The position numbers and the translations under genes are program-made. Positions 37,069-50,796 of a DNA stretch of 64,000 bases are shown here, in pieces; position 1 is the first letter of the stretch; each line of letters begins with the position of its first letter. This stretch comes from Octopus vulgaris (lineage: Eukaryota). The stretch spans positions 157,914,001-157,978,000 of the forward strand of contig OX597816.1 of assembly GCA_951406725.2 (NCBI GenBank), given 5' to 3'. The notes under the pieces are model-generated. The model worked only from the letters and a program-made list of their open reading frames with translations, did no database searches and was not told where the DNA came from.

Positions 37069-38690
37069 AGACAGAGAAAGGAATGGTAGGTGGTTGGGTA
37101 ATCACTTTTCTTTTTCAGCTCAATGTCACTAGAACGGATGTAGAAGGAAATCGTTGACTACACCCCTTTAATAAAGACAGTTAAGTGTCATGTTTGTTGC
37201 TGTCATCGTCATCATATCCACAATTTCATTCCCCTCTTCCTGTTCCTCTCCACTTCTCATTCACCCCTTCCTTTTTTCCTTCCCACTGAAAATAAACACA
37301 ACCTGAGAAATCACCCAATTATTTGTTTGAATCTCAAATACGTCAAATTTTCCAGTGGCTTAATGCAGTAATTCCCAACCGGTTTCATGCTAGATAATTT
37401 TCCCAAGGATCCAAGGACTGAGGGATATTGCACATAACAAAACAAATACACAATATACAATTCAATTATTACATATATAATGCAAAAACACCCGGCAGAT
37501 TGTGATAGTCAATAAAACAGAAATAAAATTCATTCTTTCTGTGCAGTCCAAGACAAAATGACCGTCTCAATGATTGGGAATAATCCTTTCTTATTTTTGC
37601 ACAAGGCCAGCAACTGGTTCTAAGTTTATTGACCTCAAAAGGATGAAAGGTAAAGACAACCTCAACAGAATTTGAACCAGTGTTGGTTTGTTTACATCCC
37701 AATAACTTAGCTGTTACTATGAGACCAATAGAATAAGTACCAGACTAAAACAAAAAAAAGTAAAAGAAAAACACAATATTTGAGCTGACGAAGATGCTGA
37801 CCTGCCAGAAACAGTAGCTAAATCACCTTAAAATCATATAGTTATGGCCATTTAAAAAAAAAAAAAAAAAAAAGAACACAATGGATAATGTAGTCCAAGA
37901 TAAATTATGTAAAAAGAAAATAGGATGGCCAAAGTTGAAATACCTTTCATCATAGAGCCTGCTCAATCAGAGTTGAGTTGAGATTAAAACTGGAACAAGA
38001 CAAATATTGAAACCAAAATTTTAAATAACAGAGCAATGTCTATTCTGCCACCCTACTCCATCACCACATTTCTCTTTAACACATAAATCTTGGTATTCTA
38101 GTGGTACACCGTGAAATAATTTGATGCTACCCAGCTCCTCCATCATTCTCTATCGCTATGTCAAACATGCCGACCACAAGAATGAATGAATGAATGCATT
38201 TTATTTCGTTCACTTTGCCACGAAGGAATGTTATTACTCCTTCACTCTCCTTTATATCCCATACATGTGAGATATTAATTCAAGATAATACTTGTTCCGT
38301 TGACAACAAAATCTGGCTGTGAATCCAACACAAGTTTGCAAAACATGTATGATTAGAAGCTTAATGGGTGAATTGGGATAACCAATTATTTTCTACATAG
38401 GAGTTCTAAGGAAAATAATTCTTTCTAATTTAGGCACAAGATATCATCAATTCTAATATGAAACTGGCATCTTTATTTTATCGACTCCAAAAAGCGGATG
38501 AAAGGCAAAGTTGACCTCAGCAGAATTTGAACCAAGAACTTAAGTCAAAACAAATACCACAAGGCATTTTATCAGGCGCTGTGACAATTCTACCACTCTG
38601 AATAATAATATTCTTTCTACTATAGACACAATGCCTGAATTTTTGGTGAGAAAAGCTAGTAGATTACATCGACCCCAGTGTGTAACTGGT

Positions 38691-39026
38691 AGGATAGGAT
38701 AGGAGCACTCCGTCGGTTACGACGATGAGGGTCCCAGCTGATACGATCAATGGAAGAGCCTGCTCGTGAAATTAACGTGCAAGTGGCTGAGCACTCCACA
38801 GACACGTGTACCCTTAACGTAGTTCCCAGGGAGATTCAGCGTGACACACAGTGTGACAAGGCCAGCCCTTTGAAATACAGGTACAACTCATTTTTGCCAG
38901 CTGAGTGGACTGGAGCAACATGAAATAAAGTGTCTTGCTCAAGGACACAACGCGTCGCCTGGAATCGAACTCACAACCTTACAATCGTGAGCCGAATGCC
39001 CTAACCACTAAGCCACGCGCCTTCAC
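38691..39026 (-). mobile_element. SINE family B, young copy, nested in a SINE-C-like remnant
   Basis: rc GGCGCGTGGCTTAGTGGTTAGGG...GAGTTCGATTCC...GTGTCCTTGAGCAAGACACTT; short (CCTAT)n tail. Confidence 0.92.
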
Positions 39027-39672
39027 TTGTACTTAAAGGATGAAAGGCAAAATCAACTTTGGTAGAATTTGAACTCAGAACATAGAAAACTGGAAGAAAT
39101 GCTGCTAAGCATTTCTTCAAATAATTCTGCTAGTGAACTGATTTGTCGTATTTCGTTTTTATTCAGCTTCTTACTCGCAGAAGCTTTTTTTACAAAATCT
39201 TATCAAGTGATCAAAAGTCCCAGTGTGTCTTTCACTGAACCTTAAACCATTTTCAAAGAGTTTATTGTGTGGGTTCCATGACACAGCCGATTGTAGGAAC
39301 GTGATTTAAACAGTTCATCTCCATGTTGTGTAAATAATAGGCAACTATAGAGTAAATATAAGGCAAAAGTCAGCCTGGTGGAGTTAATGCTGTCAAACTC
39401 AGAACAACAAACTAAGGAGCAGCTCGCTTGTCAATACACGTACCCCTGTCACTTACAGCAGAGAATTTTAACCAAGCCAATGTAACATAACAGCTAAGTG
39501 GATTGGAGATGACAAACAATGGTTCCTTTGGTTTCGAGTCCCACATTACTACTGGAACAGCTTTGTGTGTGTGCTGTTATCACTGCAATGGGTTATATAT
39601 GTATTGTTCATGATTACATCTTACTATACATTTTATGTTATGCAACATGCACTGCTAAGAGGTCATAAATAT

Positions 39673-40020
39673 CATTTTAACGTCCACGTTTCCGTGATTG
39701 CATGGGTCAGATGGAATTCGCTGCGGCGGATTTTCGACGGCTGTTTCCAAGTAAGGTAATACTTCCTTAAGACCAGCTATGCTTTTACCGAAGATTGGAA
39801 ACTAAAGACATTGCTTGCATGACGGTGACACTCATTTACGATTATCACATTATTACTAGACAACGAAACAGTAACACACACAAACACACACGACGGGCTT
39901 CTTTCAGTTTCCGCTTACCAAATCCACTCACGTCAGTTCGAAGCTATAATATAAGGTATCACATATAATATAAGGTATAACCTATGTGGCTGGGAACGAA
40001 CTGGTTTCGTGTTCAGTCGC
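39673..40020 (-). mobile_element. SINE A head with tail 2, diverged but CpG-intact
   Basis: Homology to 63169-63631. Confidence 0.75.
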
Positions 40021-40028
40021 AATTTGTA

Positions 40029-40043
<15 letters not shown>

Positions 40044-40120
<77 letters not shown>
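40044..40120. repeat. (GA)n microsatellite
   Basis: Read directly. Confidence 0.97.
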
Positions 40121-40121
<1 letters not shown>

Positions 40122-40606
40122 ACACATACACGCGACTGAAATACTCATAAAAATAACCGATATAGATAAAACAAAAATACAATGCTACAGTGTATTGCAG
40201 AATATATTTAAAGATGCGGGAATTTACATATGACAATAATACAGTGTTGGATAAGAATGTACAGATATACTTTGTCGCAGAGTTTAACATTGAAGCAAAT
40301 CAATTTTGTTAATTGAACTAGTTGTCAAAGTGCGTGGTGCGCGCGCGCAAATTAGTTTATGGGTTTATAAATAATGCCTCGCTGGGCAGTTAAAGAGGGT
40401 ATCAGAGAGTTTCTGAAATCTCCACATAGCACTGAAACTAGTGATCTTTTTCTGTTCGTTAAGGCAGTGTATATACATAAACAAAATGTTTATATCTGTC
40501 TACACGGTTTTGTCTAAACACGCATTGACGTGTTTCTGCGAAGACATTATATCAACATATAGACGAGTTGTCTGAACAGCTATAGATATATATATATATT
40601 CTGCAG

Positions 40607-40610
<4 letters not shown>

Positions 40611-40657
<47 letters not shown>
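40611..40657. repeat. (AAT)n microsatellite
   Basis: Read directly. Confidence 0.97.
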
Positions 40658-40658
<1 letters not shown>

Positions 40659-41192
40659 AGCGTTCAAACAAAACACAGTTAACGCACTGGCAATTCACAA
40701 GAACCAGATATACAAACAACCAACAAAGATATTCTTAACCAACACGTGCACAAACACATCCATCCATTGATGTGTTATAATTACCTCCCCGATTCACTAT
40801 TAATGCTTAAAGAGATAAATGACACCCAGCAGTCCCTATTTTCCACAAAACTGCCCTCTGTTTCCGTCCGTCAATGAAAGTCTTTTATTATGAAACACTC
40901 TGACATGCGCCTCGAAAACACTTCACATTACCAGCTTCTCTCCTTCGTCATCAGTAGCTTTACGTGATGTCAACAGCAGACACTCACAACGTATTAAAAA
41001 AGAAAAAGGAAAAACAAGAAAGTCGCAGATAAAGACGTAATTGTATACAAGAAAATCTCGAAGTATTTATATATGATAATTCTCCGTTTACATGGAAACT
41101 TTCACAGCGATGAGAATATAAGGTGCGTGTGTGATTGAACGAGAGAGAGAGAGAGTAATATGTATCTCATAACCACGACATGAAATACTCAC

Positions 41193-41310
41193 CGATCTAT
41201 TCAATTTTCTTTTTCATTGTTGCATAGTTTGATAACAATCAACATAAAACTGTCTTTAGATAATGCGATGTTTATGCATATCTTTAAAATAAGTGGCGGA
41301 AAATTCGCGG
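41193..41310 (-). promoter_or_regulatory. Candidate Csk promoter and non-coding first exon
   Basis: Strong minus-strand donor TCG|GTGAGT at 41192; AAGTGGCGGAAAATTCGCGG (E2F/YY1-like) at 41291-41310; near the left edge of the CpG domain. The TSS position is a guess. Confidence 0.4.
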
Positions 41311-44039
41311 AGAAGAGTTTGTACGATAGCTAATTGTTTTTTATAGGACAAGATTTCATATGTAACAATAAGAAAAAGAAAAACAGTAAAACCTACAATG
41401 TTTATAATATCTTAAAGATGCTAACACAAGCAGCAAGGAGCCTAGTGAATCTATCCGATAACACTGGTTAATTCACAATATTTTGAGAGATCGGACTCAA
41501 ACTGTGATCTCAGAGATATAAACAGGTACACGCTGCGACGAAAGCATTATAGATAGGTGGATCAGAGCGAGAGAAGATGACCAGTGAGGTGAGTAGAATC
41601 TTGCTTGGACACAGGCCGAGGTTTAATTAACCTAGAACAAGGTTGTCTAGATGAAGGTGTATGCTGTAAGATCCAGCGACACCAAAGATATGATGTGTCT
41701 GAGAATTACTAACACTGCAGAACCTTTCATCAAATTTCATTCGGCGTTGCTTGACTGAATTTGATTGAGTTACTTTAAGAACACGAATTTTCATGTCATT
41801 TCATGGGTCCGTTTATGGATAAATAATTCGTGGACTCTTGAGTGCAGGACATAAAACAGGAGCAACTAAATTCCAGCTGAACAAAACGTTAAAACTTTTC
41901 CTTTATGGTGACAGAGTTTTGGAATAGCTATCACTATTCTGTAGGGAAGACAAACCCCACAAAAATTGGAGGACTTTAGGAGAAGGCAAAAATAGAAAAC
42001 GAACTGAAATCTTTTGAAAACAAAAACAAAAAACTTTTCAGAATCGTAATTCCTGTTGCATGAATAATAGAAGGAATACTATTTCCTAGTTCATTGAGTA
42101 ACGATAGCTATTCCTAATAATATAATGTTCATATAATTACTTACTTTTCAACGAAAATTTGGCATCCAAAATGATGTCACTATTTGTTTGTTGCCAAAAT
42201 TACATACATCCTGAAATCCGTTTTCCCAAATAAAAACGCCAAAATTACAAAAAGAAATTTACCAATTCTCTACCCATAGCACACATTAAATTCTCAATAA
42301 TATATTCACTACCGAGATCACAGAAGCTATTTTGAGCCATTTATACTTTCAAGTCAAGCCACAATTGTTGTAAGACAACAATGTACGGGATTTCTTAAAA
42401 CTCATAAACCCAGTCTTTTACATGAGGACTATCGTGCAAGATTCTTGCTGGCTGAACTGAAGCTGAATTATACAAAGTAAAAGCAACTTGAGCAACGTTT
42501 ACATTGATAAATTCTCATCATCGTAGGATGCTGAACTTTACAATCAAGATAGAGAGAGAGCGCGCAGCGCAAACATGATACACAATACGTTGGGCCGAGT
42601 GGATAGATACGTTTATTACATAAAAAGGTGACAGAATACCTACTCTCAGTTTCGTCCTAGGCTGTCCATAACAGTAATGAACAGACGGGGCTAAATTCAG
42701 GGCAGATTCATTTGATACACACACACACACGCAAACTGACAGACAGATCTATCTATGCACGCACACACACATATGAAGCTAGGAAAGAAAATCTCAGTTA
42801 TCAACTTACATAAGTTGGCCACTCAGATTACACGAACCATACGAAGCTATTGACAGATCAATGCTACCTGACAGAACATATATGTCTGCCGATTTCAACA
42901 GTCTTTCTATTTGTAGTCTTAAGGAACTTAGTATTATGGTTCTATATTGCATTTAAGTAATAACTATGGCCAAAAGTTGTAAATCGCCGTTTGAACTAAT
43001 ACAGTCATCTTCGCTCTGCAGTTCTTTAACAAGTAATGGTGTCACGATCGTCATGGAGCCGACTTCCCTCAAACACACTTACACACATAAGAACATAAAC
43101 GCACGTACACACACACAAATAAAAAATAAAAACATGCACACACAAAGGGCGACTAAAAGAGGTTGAGGTGGGATTTGCATTCCGACCTCGTAAAACCCTT
43201 ATCAGTAACAACTACCCAAACAGATCTGTGTTGGAGGAGTGTCACTTGAGCGGTGCAAATGTGTCCCCCACCTGGAGTAGGAAGGAAATCACCAACAAAT
43301 GGTAGTAACACACATACAGGTGTGTAAACGTGCGTGCCTTGCATGAAACTGGATAGACGGAAACTGGTTTTAGCCAGACTGATGGACTGTACCAAGTTAT
43401 ACAAAGGAAAACTCCTGTCTCACTGTGTTACGCTGGCTTTGCCTCAAGATCGTGATATAATACCAAATATTTGGTAGAAGCAGTTCAGCTCGATCGATCA
43501 CCTAGACCAGTGTCCGGCACACTAGTGTGGATTCTATGTGTGCCGCAGTGTAACCTGAATAGGATCTGTTCAATCTCAAGCTGCTTGACATTGAAAAGGT
43601 CCCCTGAATATAATTTTTTCCCTATACTTTTATTTATATTTTTAGTTCAGGTGTGCCGCCGAATTTTCAAAAAAAAAAAAATAATTGTACCGCAAGTGAA
43701 AAGAGGTTGCAGTGTATTCATCGTCGAAACCGATGGAGAACTATTAACTTTACTTTTAAGCAAGTATACAGTGCTATGAGAAGAAATAACATTTTCCCCA
43801 CTAAACATCTCTTCTGTTCTCGTGTCCATCCTATTTCTTTCTAGTGATTCGTTTCATTTCACCCAGTTTAATAAAAATAGAAGAATAATATAATCTAGGA
43901 TAAAAGACAAGTTAGGCTGGACATACAAGTGAGAGAGGGGCCCACTGCTGAAACTGACTGAATATGACAGAAGCAAGCAAGCAGACAGATGGACTGGGAG
44001 CACATACGCTGTGAGAAATAAGGTGAAACGGGAATTTTT

Positions 44040-44258
44040 AAGGCGGTAAGATGGCAGAATCCCTTCGCACGTCGAAAAAAATGCTTAGACGCATTTCGTC
44101 CGTCTTTACGTTCTGAGTTCTAATTCCACCGAGGTTGACTTTGCTTTTCGTACTGCGAGGTCGATAAAATAATTACCAGGTGAGCACTGCGGTCGGTGTA
44201 ACCGACTTACCTCTCACCCAAAATCGCTAGCCTTGTGCCAAAATTTGAAACCAATATT
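44040..44258 (+). mobile_element. SINE family C variant, diverged
   Basis: Homology to 29705-29934 with a different 3' part (TTGTGCCAAAATTTGAAACC). Confidence 0.8.
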
Positions 44259-45282
44259 TAACTACTTCGTAGCAATCATAGGTAATTATTTTCGAATGAT
44301 ACGTATATACATAAATCGAAATGTAATGTAAGGTATATATTTGTAAAAGCAAACAAATCTAGCTTCGCTGTAAAGAAAATGCTATCGTTATATGGCTTTT
44401 CATTTTTCAGCGGGGAGAAAAAGTGAAATCGATTTAACTAGTTTCTGGTATTCCTGGACTTTCATCAGAGAAAAAAACCCCCACCTCATTAGTAGCCAAT
44501 AACTATCTATAATGTCTACAAATTTGGATCAAGCTAAACTGGTTCCGTATAAAGTATACTATATATTTCAATGTTTCCGGCAGGTAAAAAACAGAAGAAG
44601 AAATCTTGTGTTATGCATTATTAATTCAATAAACATTATATCAGCTCATCAGTTATGCAAATTAGACGGACCATTTTAGCTGTGTCCGTGTTTGTATACA
44701 CTATTAATAGCTATAGGCTAGTAGTTTCTCCTTGGAATTAAAAAAAAAAAATTCTTCTGATGATGATGATGAAGGTATGACAACTAGAAACTATTCTGTT
44801 CCATAAGGTTTTTTTTTTCTCCGGGGGGGTGGGGAAGAGAAGTGGGGGAAGGAGAGAGAGGAAGAATGGAAAGAAACTTGTATAATTTCAACTTGTTTAC
44901 TTCTTCACAACGAGGCTAAAATTCGGTTTATCAAAAAATAAAATAGGTATTTGTATGTCTTACGCCGTATAAGCGCAGTGTGTGTGTGTGTGTATACACC
45001 ACCTCTAGTAATATATACAACATACACAAAGATGATTTAATAATAAAGAAAATAAGGCATTTAAAAAAAAAATAAACATTAGAGAAGAGAGTATATAAAA
45101 CTTCAAATGTCTATTTTCAAAAATGTCTACATACACATCATCATCATCTGCTCCGCTACCTGAGACAAGTTTAAAAGTTGGTCCGAATTTTATCGGACGG
45201 TAAATAAACTGCCGTGGCTATTGTACTTGTCGCTATGTTTCGATCAGTTTGCATCTCGTGATTATCTTCGGGTGTCACTTTC

Positions 45283-45456
45283 AATTTGACAACCGATGCT
45301 GGTGTGTTTACGTCCCCGTAACTTAACGGTTCGGCAAAACAGACCGATAGAATAAGCACTAGGCTTACAAAGAATAAGTCCTGGGGTCGATTTGCTCGAC
45401 GAAATGCGGTGCTCCAGCATGGCCACAGTCAAATGACTGAAACGAGTAAAAGAGTA
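45283..45456 (+). mobile_element. 5'-truncated SINE A tail 1
   Basis: Homology to other copies. Confidence 0.85.
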
Positions 45457-47835
45457 TCTATTTATATACTATTTGGACGAGTTCAGTTGCCATCGCATTT
45501 GTGTGTGTGTATGTGTGTGTGTTTATTTACGCTAAATATTGGTCAGTTATATTCTTCGATCGTCTTCAGGTACATACACATTTCATCTTTCACCACATAT
45601 CGATCGGTATATTCTTTCAGCATCTTCAAGTGACACGATATCTACCTATATTTCAAAAAGGTGATACAGCTATATATTTTTACACATACAGTAATAAATG
45701 GTACAGTTGGATTCGAGCCGACACACACATACAAAGTCATAAAACATTTGGTTTCTAAAATATAAGCTGTAAAAATTTAGTGTTGATCCTTCCTATAGAT
45801 TTACACAAGTTCTCACTGACGAGAAGGGTTAACCATATTGCTGTTTTAGCCCGAGGGCAGCCCAGATCGAGTACATCTATGATCCAAGACGTTCTAGTGG
45901 TGACCATCCTCTCCTTGTTTTTAAGGCAGAATATTTCGAAGATTAAATTATCCAGTGAGTCATTCCCTTTTTTAAGGCACAATTTAATGGAGATTTGGCT
46001 GCTCTTTCTAAAAGTTAACATCTAGAAGTTCCATTGTTAGTAAATAAGTAGATTAGCGGATCCGAACAGGAACAATACATTTCCTATTCTGGGGACTACT
46101 TATGGATTATAATGAAATATTTCATCAACAGGATAACTGATATGAGTGATGGTATCAATTAAAGGTGTGTTAGGGAAGAAGGAACGGATGTGGGGTATAT
46201 GATGTCAAATAAGCCAGTGTATTACTCACCGGATTGATTTACCTTCTATAAAGGTATAACATGTGGGGAGCGAAAATAACACGTGTTTTAAAACAGATAG
46301 GTAGGTGGGCTGCAGTAAAGGAACATGTTTAAAGAGAGGGGTAGCAAAATCCCGAATCATATATATTTTAAAATATTCTGGTTCACTTTGAGATCTAAAC
46401 GTTTTTAAAAGTTGGATGGACTAAATTTCACAGCATTATGACTCTCAATTCATTTTACTGTCCATCCAGCATATCTACTCAAATCCCGAGTTGTAAATGC
46501 TTTCTCATTGCTAACATATTCTAAGAGCTAATGCATTTACTCCAGACGGTAATCCTTAAAATTTCGTCAACAACCTGAAAGTGATTAAACTCAGAGACAA
46601 TTTCAGTACTTCCAACAATTGTTTCTTTCCAACAGTTGTTAATTTAATTTTGAAAATAAAAAGACTTATTTTCAAGTGATTTGGGTACAAATAATTAAGA
46701 TTCCTCTTACCTTTTAGTTAAAAAGAAATTATGGCTGACCCAACAATTGTTTAGTTATTAGAAAAAACATTGTTCATCCGAAGCACTTCAAACATTCGCA
46801 TGAGTAAATTTCCTTATGTATATTCTTTTAGAGATTGTTAGTATAAACTTAAAGAATTGTCCCTATTCTTACCGATTACAAAAAAACGTTCTTTTCATTA
46901 TAAATAAACTCAACATAATTTCTTAGAGCTATTCTTTCATGCGCGAAGTGTTGTTATAGCAGTCTGGGTTATCAGAAAAGAGAGAACGAATGAAAAGTTA
47001 CTTTCGATTACTTTTAGTTTGTTTTTTACTGACTTTTAATAAACTGTAAACACGGAATCATTGGAAAAAAAACCAAAAAAACTTTCGCTGTATCTGTAAC
47101 CAAAAAAGTAGCAGAATGGTACTGCCAACAATAACAATGGGATATTCGTAATAATGATACTTACATTAGTTGCAAAAAGGGATCGCATTGTGGAGAATTT
47201 AAAATAAATAATATGTAAATATAGATTTTTAAAAAATATGTATATGTGTATTGCTCTCTCTGATGACCTGACGTTAAAAGAGGCCGATACGTGAGAGGTA
47301 GACAAAAATAAAATCAACGTGGTAAGGTAATTCCAGAAGAGATCCAATAACTGACAATCAGCTTGATATACGTATTTCACTGTGTCCGGTTACATGTGTA
47401 AACTCCATCCTTAAGGTCAACAGGACATAGTGTGAGCGATTTATTATAAGATTGATAATTAGTTAAGTGAATGGAACCCCCCCAGAATAAAAAAAAAATG
47501 TCATACGAGACAAAATCCCTAACAAAACGTAGTGCTTGCTCTGTTGCTGTTGGTAGAATGAAAGAAATCCTTGTCTAGAAAAATTTCAATGAGGCTAAAA
47601 CGATGAGGGAGGAGGAGGAGGGAGAACAGAGAGTATTAGTCAGAGAGTGATCGTCAACAGAAACAAAGACGGGGAGACGTGAAGGGGAGGAAAAGCTGGT
47701 TGGCAGCAGCAGTAATGTTCATCACAATCAGGGCAGAAAGAGGAGAACCAACCTAGTGCAACAACACTCGCAGCAACACACTCTGCCGGCCTTCCACTTG
47801 AAGCTTTTCCGTCTAAGTTTATAACTAGACAAATA

Positions 47836-47955
47836 ATGACAGTCAGTATCTTTTACCCTGACCACTATGTTTACAGACGACTGTACACGTCATTATTGTA
47901 TTTGCTTCGGGTTCCCACCTTCCTCCTGCTAGTTACATGTGATCTTATCTTTATA
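47836..47955 (+). CDS. Candidate first coding exon of an unidentified gene divergent from Csk
   Basis: aaataATG, then 40 open codons MTVSIFYPDHYVYRRLYTSLLYLLRVPTFLLLVTCDLIFI with a hydrophobic second half, ending at ATA|GTAAGA. Unique sequence in the CpG domain; no homology recognised. Confidence 0.3.
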
Positions 47956-48267
47956 GTAAGAATTACGCTTGTTTACTAGAAGGAAACAGTCCGATCGAGA
48001 AGACAACCGATGCGCTTTTATACACTTGACTACATCTTTTAAATTAAGACAATCAAAAAATTTTCTTTTAAGACAACGAGAGCCAATAACCGTGTGCTCT
48101 TCATCCTAAGTTTTAATCAATAACAGAAAGTTAAATGATTGTTTCTTTAACAATTCAGAAGTTGTAAGAGTTACAAATCACAATACTAAAAGTGTATCTT
48201 CAACAAAATATCCATGTAATAATAATAAGAAGAAAAAAATCGAACAAAAATAATGTAAATAATTATA

Positions 48268-48824
48268 GGTGCAGGCATGGCTGTTGGTAAGAAGCTTACT
48301 TCGCTACAACATCGTTCCTTAGTTAATCTTACTACTGACCCGTGCCGACCAAAAACTTTGTGACCGGATTTGGTCGAAAGAAGCCCATCGTGTGTGTGCA
48401 TGTGTGTGGAACCCAGCAGTTCTTGTTGCTAACTGTGAGGTATGAAGAAACTCACAGCTTATCGAATTTCCTCGAAACTTCGATATGGGGGGGGGGAGGA
48501 AACGTTTCACGATCGACGCCAATAAACTGTTATTGTTCCTGGTCGCACCGTCCACTTTTTGTTTTCTATACCTGCCACGGACTTCTTGAAGCTTACAAAC
48601 TTCTTAGACCCGGATCATTGGATGTGTGTGTGTCTGCCTCATACGACCACTTAATAACCAGTGTTGATTTGTTTACATCCCCGTAACTTAGCGGTTCGGC
48701 AAAAAAGAACCAACAGACTAAGTACCAGGCTTAACAAAATGGGTACAGGAACGACTTGTTCCACTAAAGCATTCAAGGCGGTGCTCCAGCATGGCCACAG
48801 TCGAATGACTGAAACAAGTAAAAG
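48268..48824 (+). mobile_element. Diverged SINE A with internal insertion
   Basis: Head at 48268-48400, tail 1 at 48650-48824. Confidence 0.75.
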
Positions 48825-49839
48825 CTAAATGATACAAGTTTGTTTACAACACTCAGTAATTACCTTCTTAACGAAGTTTGCCGTATCCGTTGATATGAAG
48901 CTTATTGAAAGCTGAATATCAACAGCGTCAACCTCACCGAGGTCAGAGATGGACGTAGCACCTTCCTTTACGTGTGTGAGCGACTCCACTAAACGAAAAT
49001 TCGTAAAAAAGAATGCGTGAGGTAGACACAGGCACACACACTTCTTACTTCTACTTTTTATTTCTGGTTTCGATCACTGGACAGCGATCGTGCAGAGAAG
49101 CAACCTTCAACTATTTGAAGTCGTTCACATCGATCCCAAAACTTATTTCAACTTGATACTTATTTCATTGATCTATAATTAGTGAATCACTCAGTTATAA
49201 GGATTTTTTCGTTCCCACCCTTTTTTGTTTCATACAACACCGGTTACGTTTCTTGAAACGACTCCGGTTTATATATAAACACAGATACGGGCACAGCACG
49301 CACGCACACACATATATATATATACACACACACATACAAATATATACACACATACAAATATATACACACATATACAAGTAAAGAAATGAAACTTTAAATT
49401 CTATCGATTCTGAATTACGAGATTTAAAGTTTTAGTTTTAATAAATGTATTTTGACAGCCTCTACATTCGTTAGCGAGTAAAACTTTTATTATTATTATT
49501 ATTTATACTTAAGTCTTAACGCGTATATCTTTAGCGTAATATCAGAATGAAGACAGAGTACTATATAACTTTACTTATAATAAGCTACAACAATGAATTG
49601 AAACAACAATACAGCCTTAAAAGAAATTCTCCCTTAATAAATGTGCGTGTGTACACACGCACACACGAGCTTCTGCCTACCGAATTCCATTCACAAGATT
49701 TCGGTCAATACATGCATACATACATGCGTGAACGAATACATACATACATCCACATGCATGCATACATACATACCTACATACACACACACACACACGGCTT
49801 GGGGCAGAGAGTGTGCTATCAAAGCTCCGAGGAAGGTTG

Positions 49840-50330
49840 CATTGTGCATGCATTTGTGGTGAGCAACCTTGACAAGGCAAGTGGTTAGACGACCCGGAAG
49901 GGCAGAGATATTTCTGGACTGACTGAGGTTGGGTTCAGAGATAAGGTGAGAAATAGATCAAGGGTATTTGTAATGTCACTGCCTGTCAGAGATGGGGGCT
50001 GGGGAATGGAAGTAGTCTGTGTAGAGAGTAGAGAACTGCGAAAGATTCGATTTCCACATCAGTGGCATCAGCATGAGATGTATGTGAAAACGAAGTATTA
50101 CGACCATTGAATTCACACATGCTGATGACTTCAGAGAAAGATGTCTTTGATGCTTGAAGAGATATGGTTGAATAGTTGTTGGTAACTGGAGTTTAGAGAA
50201 TGCTAGAGGAAGCAGATACATTAGGAGTTGGGTAGGGAGACTTGGAGACAAAGTAACTTGAAGTCTTTGTTGCCGAGTTCAGATAGGTTAATAGTCTGGA
50301 CAGCAAAGACGGACTTTAGATAAGGATCCA
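49840..50330 (-). mobile_element. Decayed LINE AP-endonuclease fragment (CR1/Jockey-like)
   Basis: rc pieces read LFNHISSSI, SEVISMCEFNG (GDFN-like), NTLDLFLT and GSSNH (SDH-like), with frameshifts. Confidence 0.6.
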
Positions 50331-50571
50331 GAAATTTGTCTTTAAGCAGAATCGAATGCATTTATTTAGTAAGAGTTGATGTGCAAGCAAAGGTCTAAGA
50401 AGAATCACATTCCTTGGAAGAAGAGGTAGAATTGTCCAGTAAGCTTACTTCTCCTTTTTGACATCTAGGGAAATAACAAGAAGGCATTAGCATATTATAA
50501 AGTCACTATAATCCCTTCTTTGTCTAGTAAACGTGTAACACATTGATCTCTGCTAAAGGTACCTATGGTGA

Positions 50572-50796
50572 ATAGGGCGGCGCGCTGGCAGGAACGTTAG
50601 CACGCCGGGCGAAATGCGTAGCTGTATTTTGTCTGTCGTTACGTTCTGAGTTCAAATTCTGCCGGTATTGACTTTGCCTTTCATCCTTTCGGAGTCGATA
50701 AATTAAGTACCAGTTATGCACTGGGGTCGATATAATCGATTTGTCTGTCCTTGTTTGTCCTCTCTGTGTTTAGCCCCTTGTGGGTAGTAAAGAAAC
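50572..50796 (+). mobile_element. SINE family C, young copy
   Basis: 15-bp TSD AGGTACCTATGGTGA at 50557-50571 and 50797-50811. Confidence 0.92.

Noticed and set aside
38950-39026. Functional tRNA genes at SINE heads (also 29705, 29130, 34741)
   Set aside because: The heads run into SINE bodies or lack a complete cloverleaf, so they are tRNA-derived only.
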